Assembly (NCBI GenBank): GCA_030704615.1 | Contig: CM060732.1 | Location: forward strand, 1,054,001-1,118,000 | Direction: 5' to 3' | Origin: Takakia lepidozioides | Taxonomy: Eukaryota; Plantae; Bryophyta | DNA: 64,000 bases | Shown: positions 25,875-36,575 of the stretch, piece by piece | Layout: every line of letters begins with the position of its first letter | Position numbering within the stretch: position 1 is the first letter of the stretch | Program-made: the position numbers and the translations under genes | Notes under the pieces: model-generated | The model's input: only the letters and a program-made list of their open reading frames with translations | Told to the model about the DNA's origin: nothing | The model's database searches: none

Positions 25875-26522
25875 GGCTGAAGCACCCTTGAGTTCCCAAG
25901 GCACTCAAGGAGGCGGAGGCGCTCACTAGGTGGAGCCCCGCACACCGGGTTGCGGTGGGGGTGGGTCGATGAGGAGTGGTGGTAGCTTAGTGGGTCTTAG
26001 TGGGGGTGGCATAGGACTCACCATGGGGCGGAGACCTTGTGGTGGGAGTCGTGGGGAGTCTTGGGACTCATCACGGTCCAATGGGGTGTCAAGTTATTTC
26101 ACCACTAGTGTGAAACTAGCTAGGAAATAGCTAGCTTTTACATATTGACATTTGGGATTGGCCCAAGTGTCAATCCAGGGGTCAAGGATTTAGGCCCTGG
26201 AGTGGTTATCTTCACGGCAAGTGCGGTAGGCTCATCTTTCTCGAGTTGAGCCTCACCGCGCCTAGCTATGGCGCCGTAGTGTGGATTCCCCATGGCGTGG
26301 GGTGCACTTGGCTTGACTTGTATTTGAGTGATGAGGTTATATATGCATGAGTTTATGCTTCAGCTTTGTGAGCTCGTGCTTGTATTCTTCTTCTTTATCA
26401 CTCGAGAAAGATCAGCTCATATTTGTGAGTGCCAGATACGAGTCAATTGTAGCACTTGTGGTTTTTGCTTGAGGATGAGAGAAACCAGGTTGTTATGCAA
26501 GGAGCACCGTGGAGCTCTTGGT
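25875..26522 (+). repeat. Older chromovirus-type LTR remnant into which both flanking Ty3 elements appear inserted
   Basis: 25875-26085 is the reverse complement of part of the chromovirus LTR (about 48250-48460), e.g. GAGGCGCTCACTAGGTGGAGCCCCGCACACCGGGTTGCGG. The rest is diverged. Confidence 0.7.
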
Positions 26523-27284
26523 TGTTAGAAGCGGAGGCGATGTGGGTTACGAGGTAGTAGACCTTGGCATTCAATCTTCAGCTTCAGAGATGAAAGCACC
26601 ATGCTACAGGTAATTCCAGAGCACCTTGATGGTTTCAAATTGTGTACATGGAATGTGCACAGTTCTATTCACTCATCCATCCATTCCACAGCTTCACTCA
26701 TGTCTCTCTACACAGTGTGATTGTATCGAATAAGTATCAGATTATGATTTATCAGGTATCAGGCCAATGTCATGGTGACTCTAATCTGCCCTACAGTATC
26801 ACTATAGCTTTGCATGTAACAAGCATCTACTGTTCATCTTTCCTCCTTCACCGTGCTCTCCATCCTTGCTCCCGTTCTTGCTCTCCGCCTGATCTCCTCT
26901 CATGTATGACCAAGAAGCGCTCCCCGTGGAGTGATCCCCTCCCTGGTGCTGCTCTGCCTAATCTACGTGCAAGCTGTTCCAACCGCCTAACTAACTAACT
27001 GTCACCCCTGAAGTAACACGTTCCCTCTGCAGATGTCGTTCCCACACAGTAGTTCCCTGCTAATGATAACCGTTCCCTCCGTGCGCTGTGACGGGCTGTG
27101 CTAAACTGTGTTGGGCTGTGACTGGCTATGTAAAGCTATGTTGGGCTGTGTCGGGCTGTGACTGGCTATGCAAAGCTGTGTCGGGCTGTGATAACTCATG
27201 ACTTGACTGTGTGAAGTCTGCGCAAAATTAAGGGTACCCCACAGAACCCGTAAAAGCGTCTAAGTCCCAAACAGCCCTCTAACA
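26523..27284 (-). repeat. 3' LTR (TGTTAG...CTAACA) with polypurine tract at 27285-27300
   Basis: 6-bp terminal inverted repeats. The minus strand reads ACAGGGGGAGGGGTAA immediately before TGTTAG. Confidence 0.8.
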
Positions 27285-27413
27285 TTACCCCTCCCCCTGT
27301 CAAAAAGCAGTGTCCTCACGGTTTACTGCTTAGGATCAGCAAACCTTTGTGAGCGAGCACCCTTCTGACGGTGCGAGTCTCTTGAAGGGCTCTGTGTGCG
27401 AGCTCGAGCCCTG

Positions 27414-30045
27414 TCACTGGCTGATGGAGGTGATTGACTTGCAAGCAAAATGAGTGAACTCCCTGAACTCCTTGGCTGTATAGGTGAGAGGTGTGCCAAT
27501 GACTTTGGAACAATGTAAGTATTTCCAAGCTTCATGTCCCTTATAGAAAATATCATCAGGGCCCAATTTTTTTTTTACCAAGTTGTTCCAAGCCAAATTA
27601 AACCATGAACGAAGCTGGGAATCCGTGTGCATCATGACTTTCGCATCATAGAGATACATATGGGGTGGAACTGAAGGTAAGACCCAATGATCCCCATTGG
27701 AATAACTCAAAAATCGTGATTGCATCTTCTGCTGCTCAATGTGATAACGTGTCATGAAACAAGCAGCATAGTACAATCCACAGCTCATGACAATACTAGA
27801 TACCTCCTTGGTCTTGGTGTAGATGTACCCATGAACAACCTGGAAGGCAATTAATTCCTTCAGCATGGTGCTTGCCTCAGACCAGTTTGCAAAATGATGA
27901 TCCTCAATGGGTCGATTGTTCGGAAGAACCTTAGTCCGAGTTGCCACTGGCAACCAAATGTGCATGAATCTGGTAATAATGTGCCAAAGATTGTGGAGGA
28001 CTGAATTCATTCCAAGCCAAATCCATCACAATGGGAATTTGGTTGAAGGGCATAATCATAGCCCGATTGTACTCCCGCGCAGCAGGAGTCCTAGGTGGGT
28101 TGAAAGCAGCATCCCCCCAAACCTCAGACTGTGGCGGCGCCATGGTATCAACAACGTCAGTCACTTGCACAGCCACCTGCTGTAGAGGTTATGATATTGC
28201 CGCCGCTGTCCCTCCTACTGTTGGCAACTCTTGCACTTACTGTGATGAAGACTGGAAAATTAGAGTCCTGGCATGCAAATAAGTAACCACCAGCTACTCC
28301 TCAGGAACAAAGACTCTTTTGTCAATATTGGAACTCAGGTCATCCACTTGAGTTTGCAGGCCTTCCACATCATCATGTAACTCCGCTATCCTACTATAGA
28401 CATTGTCTATAGTAGTTGTGGCAATGTTCTGCATCTGCAATCTAAGATCATTCATCTCCCCCTGAGTGAGCTTCCGTGGTGCCTTCCCTTCTACCGGGCC
28501 TTGTGTTAACCATACTTGCATAAGATGATTATCCACCAAGTCCTGTGTAGCACCCCTGAGAGTCTGCTCCTCCTTGAGTCTGTACACATCTAACTGTTGC
28601 TGTAAAGCCTCCATGCGCTTTGCATGAGGTTCAACCAGGGCCGCATAGGCAGCAACCAGATTATTGGCTTCCTTCCAAGCCTTGTTAGCCACAGAGAGTT
28701 CATTCTTGTGGCCCGTGAGTGATTGCTGCAACTGCAGGATAAACCGTTCTTTCTCAACCTCAACCTGACTGTACTGTTGGAAAGTATCCTCATTGCGACG
28801 GAGAGTAGCCTTCAAATCAGCAATAAATTTCCCCTGCTCTACTGTCTCAGTTTCGGCCATCATACATCTCTCTGCTTGTCTATTAACTTCTAACGCAGTT
28901 TGCTCCAGAGCAGTTGTTAGTGTGGCACATTGTATGGTCATTCTCTGATGAACTGTCTCCAACTCTGTATGAAGCACCTTCACTTCCTGCAATTGATATA
29001 GCTGCTGCTTATGTGCTTCATGCAATTTCCCCTGCTCCAGACCCGCTTCAATCATATTCCCCTTTGCTAGCTGCAGGGCAGCCTTGGTGTCCTTCAATTC
29101 TTTCTGCAACTTGAGGTTGGCCTCCACATCCACCTTGTTTGCACACTCAGTGGCAATTCTAGCCTCAAACTCTTGCTTGAGCTCCTGCTTCTTCTTCCCT
29201 CTCCAAAGGTCGTGCTTCCAGTAATAACAGCCCTCTGTGCGGCTGTTCCCCATCTTGCACAAGAGCTATGGAAACATCATCATCTCGCGGTTCCCTTGAA
29301 GCTAGTGGATCGGCCACTATAGGCGTGTCCCTCTTTTGTCTCTTGGACTGGTGCCGCCCTTCCAATCCACTTTCACCATGTGAAGAGCCCTGCTCCTCAA
29401 TTGCAGTGGTTGTTGCCTCAAACACTCCCATCTCCTTACGTTCTCGCGCATCAAGTATGCAAGAATCAAGAATAATTTGCGCAATCACTGGGCCAGACAC
29501 AATGATTGGAGATTAGCAGCAGTGCCTTGTAACCGCTTCATCTCTTCCACCAAACCATTGTACATTAAGTGCGCCCAAGCCACATCTTCCCCCCTCAAAG
29601 CTTTCAGTATCTCCTCCGTGAAGGATCTGCTAAGGTATTGTTGGTTCTGTTTCATGGCAAACAGAACATTCAGAACCTGACCAATTTCTTTTAACCCTGG
29701 GTATTTGGCCTTGGTGCAAGTGTATCCCTGAGTCTTAAAGAAACTCCCTTCTTGGAACAAATTGCCTATCTGCAATCTTGCCCTGTGCTCATCGACATTT
29801 ACACGGCCTGATGGCAATTCAAACAATTGTTGCAAGTATTGGGGAGTAATCTCTATATCTACTCCCCCCACTTGTGTAACTCCCGTCTGAGGTTCAAAGT
29901 TCTGAATGAATTGTATCATGAACGCCCTATGATGCAAGGACCATTCCTTGCGTAGCAATCCCTCCAATCGCAACTCCTTCCACAGCTGCACTGCCTGAGG
30001 TGTAGCAATTGTCTGCTTCTGCATAATCGTGGTGCTCTTCACCCC
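27414..30045 (-). CDS. Retrotransposon 3' accessory ORF(s): plant-transposon-protein-like N-terminus, long coiled coil and unknown C-terminal domain; start codon lies beyond MULE A at 43357
   Basis: Overlapping ORFs 29485-30045, 29165-29500, 28294-29262, 27931-28176 and 27414-28010. FIQNF...VGGVDIEITPQYLQQLFELP and DVAWAHLM resemble Athila/Tat accessory proteins. The middle is heptad-rich. Confidence 0.6.
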
Positions 30046-30083
30046 GGGGGCTGCTATTTCATGAGCGGCATGAGCATGAGCGG
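30046..30083 (+). repeat. Left TIR of MULE A with tandem CATGAG motifs
   Basis: GGGGGCTGCTATTTCATGAGCGGCATGAGCATGAGCGG is the inverted counterpart of 43281-43319. Confidence 0.88.
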
Positions 30084-30267
30084 AAAAAAAAAAAAGCATG
30101 AGCAGACCATTGTGAGTCCACGGAAATAGGGTTAGGAGGCATGGAAATAGGGTCATGTGAAGTTGAAATGTGGCACCAGTGGACTTGAAATGCAACATTT
30201 TATTGCAAATTTTGTGGCAAGCCACGTCTATACAAGTGTGTTCTAACTGTCATAGCCGGAATGGGCA

Positions 30268-33200
30268 CTACTCTCCTACACCCTCCGAGGAACTTGCCCC
30301 ACCTTCTTCCTCATCCCCCTCATCCCCCTCATCCTCCGAGCTCTGTGATGCATCAGTTCCACTATGCCTCTCAAAAATCCCGTCCTCTCCTTGGGGGACT
30401 GTCCACCTCACCTCCTGGGAATCTTCTGCGTCTTCTCCCCCACTTTCCTCAGCAGAATCCAAGACAAATCTACGAGCCCGACGGGCTCTAATAGCTGCTG
30501 CCTCCTCCCTCATCTTCATTTTCTTGAGGCTTGCCTCGTCTAAAATCTGCTGTACACGACTACGTTCGGAACACCTCCTAATGGACACCGAAGCAAGCCG
30601 GGCAGCATAAGTAGGAAGGATGTACTCCCTTTCTGGACTAGGCATGAAATCCCCCCTGGCAAAAAAAGGCACGTTCCTCCTGCCCATGAACTCCGGTGTA
30701 GACGTCCCTCCGGCAGTACTTGGCATCCTACAGTAAGAACAAATCCACTTGAAGAATGTCAATACCAGCACAACCAGAAAGGGTTTTCAATGAAATAAGA
30801 GAGCGGAGGGAGGTGCCTCACGAAATCTGGAGGCAACTTACAATGCCACCACTCACTCGTAAACCGGGGGCTCCTCGGCCTCGATCCCAACTTCCTCCCC
30901 CTGCTCCTTCTCGGATTTTTCCTCATCCTCCGAGGATGCCTCTTCCTCTTTCAGCAGACGTTCAGCCGCTGCAAGTTCCGAGTTGTGGAGGGCAGTATCT
31001 GGCTCGAAGGCGAACACATGCCTGTCGGACAACGTCCCTGCCCACATTGAAGCACCTGAGGAACAAAGCGGGCGGTTAATAGCTTGCGGCATGCAATTGT
31101 AGTCGGGCCAGGGGACAAACTGAGCACGTGAAGGCTTACCCGTGCCGCATGTGAGGTCCAGAATCCGCCCTTGGACATCCGAGCACGTCTCCATGAGGGT
31201 TTGGATGAAAGCAGGGCTCTGGGTCCGGCTGTACCGCCACGGTTTGCCTGTCTTTGTGTCCTTCGGCATACTGGAGTGGGGCACATAGTTGTAGAGGACA
31301 TCGTAGGTTACAGGGTCCACAGCGGCATCAACAAGACGACCGTCGTTGCAGAATTTGAACGTAGACCCTCTCTTCACAAAGCAATATGCCTCAAATACCA
31401 ATGTCTGCACATCCAACAAAGAAGGGATCAACTCCAGGGTCTACTTAACATACACCACAATATGAAGTGAATGCAAAAGATTGATAACTTACACTTTGGC
31501 CCTCTGTTCGCAACCCCTGCGTACTGATGCAGAACCATTTTCTGAGGAGGACCGGGGTGACACTTTTCGGTGTCCACCTTGCCACCGCATTCTCTGTGGT
31601 CTTCCCTCTCGTGGCAATGACAACCACACATCCACCGTCATCCAGAAGCATCCCCACCAGCCCAAACCCGGCTTTCCAGTAGTCCTCAGTAAACCTGTTC
31701 CAGGTGGGCACACCATCCAGGCCCTCCAGCAGCTCCCCATCTGGAATGTCGAGGAGAATCATGTCGCAAGCTCTCTCCACCTCAACCCCCCCCCCCGAGT
31801 GCTCTTGCAATTCGTGCTCACAGCCGTGAAGAATTCCATCATGGCTTCAAAACCAGGGGTGTCTTTAGGCTCTGTACCGCCAGCCCTCTTCTTGGCTTTC
31901 CCCTTCTGCTCCGCCAGAGACTTGTTGTGTGCCACCTTCTTCGCCCTGGCAGCGAGAGCGTCAAGGAAGCTCTCATTGACGCATTGGATGATGGTTGGAG
32001 GTTCTAGCTTTGGCCTGTGCGTAAACGTCACCGCCGAATACCGGCGTGTAGGCTCGCCCTCAAATGCCAACTTCTTGGCAGAGCCAGTCCCACTCCGAAC
32101 TGACTTGGGAACCCGGACGACCGGTGACTGGGTAGGAGCAACAGTAGTCGAAGGACCTTGAACGAAGTTGTCGTCCGAGTCACTCTCTTGGGTCCCCTCC
32201 TGCGCCTCCTCCGATGCCCCGATGGTTTTCTTCTTTTTGGGTGTTACTGCAGTCACCTGTTTCCTTGTCCTTTTCCTTTGACCTTTACTCTTCTCATGCA
32301 ATTTCTCCTGAATTCCTGCCTGAGCAAGCTCTGCCGCTTTCCTGGAGTTCGCAAGCGCTTTTGCCTCTTTTGCACCCAATGGAGGCAGCGGAGCCCGGTT
32401 TCGTCGGAATTCAGCATCCAACTTCAATTGAAACTCGGATGGGTCGAGCGAGCCGGGCGGAAGGTCCACATACCAAGGGCAATCACGCAAATGTTCCAGA
32501 TGCCACTCCTTCACAATATCGTCAGTGTACATGGAGTCAGCCCCAGGGTTCCTCCATGCCAGGAAGAATGGTGGCTCGAAAGACAGATGACCTTTCTCCA
32601 AAAGGGAGAACTTACAGTACCTGCATTCATGAAAAACACAATGAGGTCCGAAAATGGCTAAGTCCCTAAACGGCAATAGGGCCTACAACTGGAAAATGGC
32701 GCCGAATTTCCACTTCAGGGCCAGCCACCCTAGGGACTTAGCACGAAAATGGCTAAGTCCCTGGACGGCAATAGGGCCTAGAACTGGAAAACGGCGCCGA
32801 ATTTCCAGTTCCGGGCCAGCCACCCTAGGGACTTAGCCCGAAAATGGCTAAGTCCCTGGACGGCAATAGGGCCTAGAACTGGAAAACGGCGCCGAATTTC
32901 CAGTTCCGGGCCAGCCACCCTAGGGACTTAGACCGAAAATGGCTAAGTCCCTGGACGGCAATAGGGCCTAGAACTGGAAAATGATGCCGAATTTCCAGTT
33001 CCGGGCCAGCCAGTCTAGGGACTTAGCCATTTTCGGAGCCCTGACTGGAAATTCGGCGCCATTTTCCCTAACACCACTTGAGGCCTCTAACATCCTGAAA
33101 TGCCAGGACTTGAAAGAAAGGCAGCACGTATGTACCTGTACAGAAGGCGCATTGCTGCTTTGTCCGCGTTCGGCTGGTCGGTGAACTCGTGGCTCCGGCG

Positions 33201-36200
33201 AGCATCTGCTATCTCCCGAAAGAATAGGTTGGTTTTGTAGAGCAGAAAGTACCTCGTCACATAGTCACGTAGGCTCTCTGCTGCAGGAGATATCTCCATC
33301 TTGAACCGATGTGCTTGTGTGTCCAGCTGCTCTTGCGCATTCGTCGTCACCTGTGGAGATTGTCCATCAGATCGCTTTCCTCAAAAAATACAATGAATCC
33401 ACCCCCTACTAGAGTAGAAGCCCCAAACGAAGCGTGGGGAAGTACCTGAAACCACCATGTCATGCGGTTCATCCACATGTCGAATGTGGGGTCAGAGAGT
33501 TTGTCCGGTTTGGGGAAGCTCCACATGTCCCTGGCACTTTGGGAACCATTCCAGATTTGGAGCCACCGGGTCTCTCCAACCACCCAGCATATTCGTAAGC
33601 GCCAAACACCACAAAAAGGAGTTGTTGCCATCACAATTTTGTTAAGAATGTATCACCTTTTCTGTTGCATCCACACAGGATGTGGCTAGATGATGGAGCT
33701 TCTCCAATGTCATCGTGGGCTTCAGAGCGCGAGAGTAGTGCTTCCCCACCTCCACCAGAAAGTCGGCACCAAGGGCGGGATCAGCTATGGCCACGTACTT
33801 TACCATCCGCGACTTGTACTTTATGCGGGCCCTCACCTCCGCAGCTTTGACATACGATTCGAGTTCCGGGAGGGTTGGATTCTTCTCCTCTGACTCCATG
33901 TAGAACCTCCGCGCATGTGCCAAATCCTGCTGTATTTTCATCTGTCAAGAATGCGCACATAAGATTAGAGCTGCTCAACACAATTTCTTCTATTGGGGGA
34001 GGAGAGACAGATTAGCTCAACAAAACTGTCAGGAGCTTTACCCGAAATATGTAGTCCACCATGGCGTCGACGCTCAGCCTATACCAGGTTCTATCTGCCT
34101 TTGCCTCCGACTTGCGCAGGAGGTCGGCACTGAGGGAATTGGCAAACTCTTGCACCCCCTGCTTCCCGACATCCTTCACTCGGAAGAGCATATGGGACAA
34201 GTTGGTGGCAATGAAGGCATTCTCAGTCACCCTGCAGTGCCACATTTCCATCAAACAATACTGAAATGGGAATTTTCATCATATATGAGGATTCGCAATG
34301 AAATGACTTCCAAATTCAAAGTCCAAAAGCGAGAGGGGTTATAGCTTACGAGTTGATGTCGGCCATTGCAGCTTTGAGAAGACTGCGATCTTTGGGCCCC
34401 GCAACCTTCAGCACAATACAATCCACGGCGAAATGCCAATCGAGGTCGTTGGGGTGGGCTTGGGCAATGTGCTCCATCCATGCCAGGAGGCGATGATTGC
34501 CGTCCCACACGTAGAACATCTTACCGGACAAGTGCTGGAAAAGAGGATCACTAGCAATCGATCTCTCGAACTCCTCATTTCGCGTTTGCCAATGGGGACC
34601 CCATTTGTCCACCTCATCGGAAGTGTGGGCACGGGAAGCTCCGTGGTCGTTCTCAATGGAAACGTAAAAGGCGGCAGACCCCATTCGATATCCATCCCGG
34701 AAAGAGAATTTCAGCTTGTCGATATCGCCTGGGAGGGCAGGTCTCACCACCTGCAATGACACCAAGCGGCAAAGGGGAATTCGAAGCTTGGCTGGGTACA
34801 CCATCCCCCCCAGCACCCTGCCAATGTTGCTGTGGGTTGCCTCCAACATCTTGGCAGCGGCCAACTTCATATCCGCCTCAGACATGACGTCTGCTGCAGA
34901 GGGTTTTCCGGCAGCCCACCAGGACCGCCAAATCCAGCCTGTATGCTCCGGGTTTGGGGCCTGGGGATGTCCGGGAGGATGTCATCCTGGTCAGAAAGCT
35001 CCCTGTCGTCCTCCTCAACAAGGTCAGCCACCTGCAAAACCACCTCCAGCACTCTCCCCGTCTCTACTGCCCTCTCCCTGCTTCACCTGGAACTTGCACA
35101 ATCCGTGCTCTTTCAGGTGTTCTTTCCTCTCCTCCACTCTCCACCGTATGGGTAATTGCGGGGGCTGCTCTTGCCCGCGATGGTCTAACAGGTGTGTTAC
35201 TGCCTCTCTGTGGTGTCTTGGAGGGATCCACCGTCTCTGTGCGTCCCTCGCTTACATTGGCATCTGTCATTTGGGCACCCCTGGCCTCTTCAGCTGCCTT
35301 TTCTCTTTCCTCCTGGCTAGCATTCTGTCTCGTCTGCTCTTTTGCCCTCTCTTTTGCCCTCTCACGGGCTTTCTGTTTCTTACTAGGGCTAGCAGCAGGG
35401 GAGCCCTCCAGGACGACCACCTTTGATTGAGGCGAACTGACACCCTCGCGCGCACTGCTCACTCCCCCCTCCGCAGCCCATGACTGCTCTCTCGCCGAGG
35501 ATTGCATGTGCTTAGCTTTCTTCTTTTTCTTTGCGTGGGCGGGCCCTACTGCATGTGCATGAACAACCTCCATTGCTGGATCTGCTATCCTCATGTCCTC
35601 ACGCCCTTCACCTGCCATGCCGCCTGCACCAACCTCCCCAATGCCTACTCTGTCGTACTGTCGTTGCAAGTCCTCCCGTCCACCAACAAAAGGCTTAAGT
35701 TTGCCCTCTCGCCCCAAGTTGGGCGATTCAAACATGCGATGAGTTGGAGCTGTCGATGATACCACCAGCGTGCCGGGCTCGTCGTCACTCTGTCATTGAC
35801 AAAAATCGTGAAAACCAACATCGGTGCAAAAAGCAGCATCGCAACGAGCAGCGCAACCACCATAGCAACAATCGTGTAGCAAAAATGAAAACATAACAAG
35901 TTTAGGAAGTATGGAGAGCCATGCAACAACAATGAAAACAAATGCAACCATTGCCTGAGAATGACATGCACAAGCAGCCTTCTCCAGAGCTGCCGGATTT
36001 GCACACGCATTGCAAACAATCTAAGGTTCACTCAACTATCTGAAGTTCACTCATACAGCGAAGCCAGGATGAAGATGCAAAAACAAAGCGAGGTAACAAA
36101 GCGAAAGCAAAAAATAAATCGAACAAACCGAAAGCAGAAGTGGCTTGCCTGAGAGTACTCGGCTTCAGTTGGCGCAGGTTGTGAGCAAGACACTGGAATC

Positions 36201-36376
36201 TCCTGCTGGAGCTTCAGTTTGGCCATGCGAGAGATTGGCCGTCGTCCGTAGTACAGAGCTTTCAACTTCCGCCGCGGTCTGGATGTGAGGTCTCTCTCAG
36301 GAGAGCCACGCCCTTCAGGCGGCATAAGTCCCAGCCAAAAGATCTCCTTTTTTGGGGTACATGCCTCGAATAGCAT
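30268..36376 (-). CDS. Multi-exon gene: low-complexity N-terminus + ParB/Srx-like domain + unknown helical/Trp-rich domains + beta-class amino-(N4C/N6A) DNA methyltransferase-like domain + acidic tail (copy A)
   Basis: VWDGNHR at 34510-34490, DMILLDIPDG at about 31765-31736, and [27 protein letters not shown]|ASMWAGTLSDRHVFAFEPD. Frame-preserving GT-AG introns at e.g. 33135-32621, 31492-31405, 31139-31056 and 30856-30728. Exon-by-exon homology with copy B. The 5' end is uncertain; a frameshift falls at the poly-C near 31790. Confidence 0.8.
32650..33062. repeat. Intronic 95-bp tandem repeat (about 4 copies) carrying GGCGCCGAATTTCC and GGCTAAGTCCC/GGGACTTAGC motifs
   Basis: Cores at 32698, 32793, 32888 and 32983, plus an inverted copy at 33055, all inside the 33135-32621 intron. 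Confidence 0.92.
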
Positions 36377-36575
36377 GTTAAGCCAAGATTAGCATGAGAT
36401 TTAGGGTACGTGTCCAGGAAGCCATGCGTCGCCAGCCCCAATGATAACCGACGGCGGTCGACATTTATTGCCCAACTGCGCAATTAAATGTCGGATGAAG
36501 CCCTCCATGTCGGATGAAAATCGACGTAAACAGTCCCGGAATTTCCAACGTAGAGGTAATTCGGAGCGCTGCACG

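Noticed and set aside
25055-27284. Two LTRs of one small element (TRIM-like)
   Set aside because: The LTRs are visibly diverged, the PPT lies outside on the right, gag lies outside on the left, and the DNA between them is a different LTR family.
34490-34510. Fic/Doc motif
   Set aside because: Lacks the HPFxDGNGR context; the upstream sequence fits ParB/Srx.
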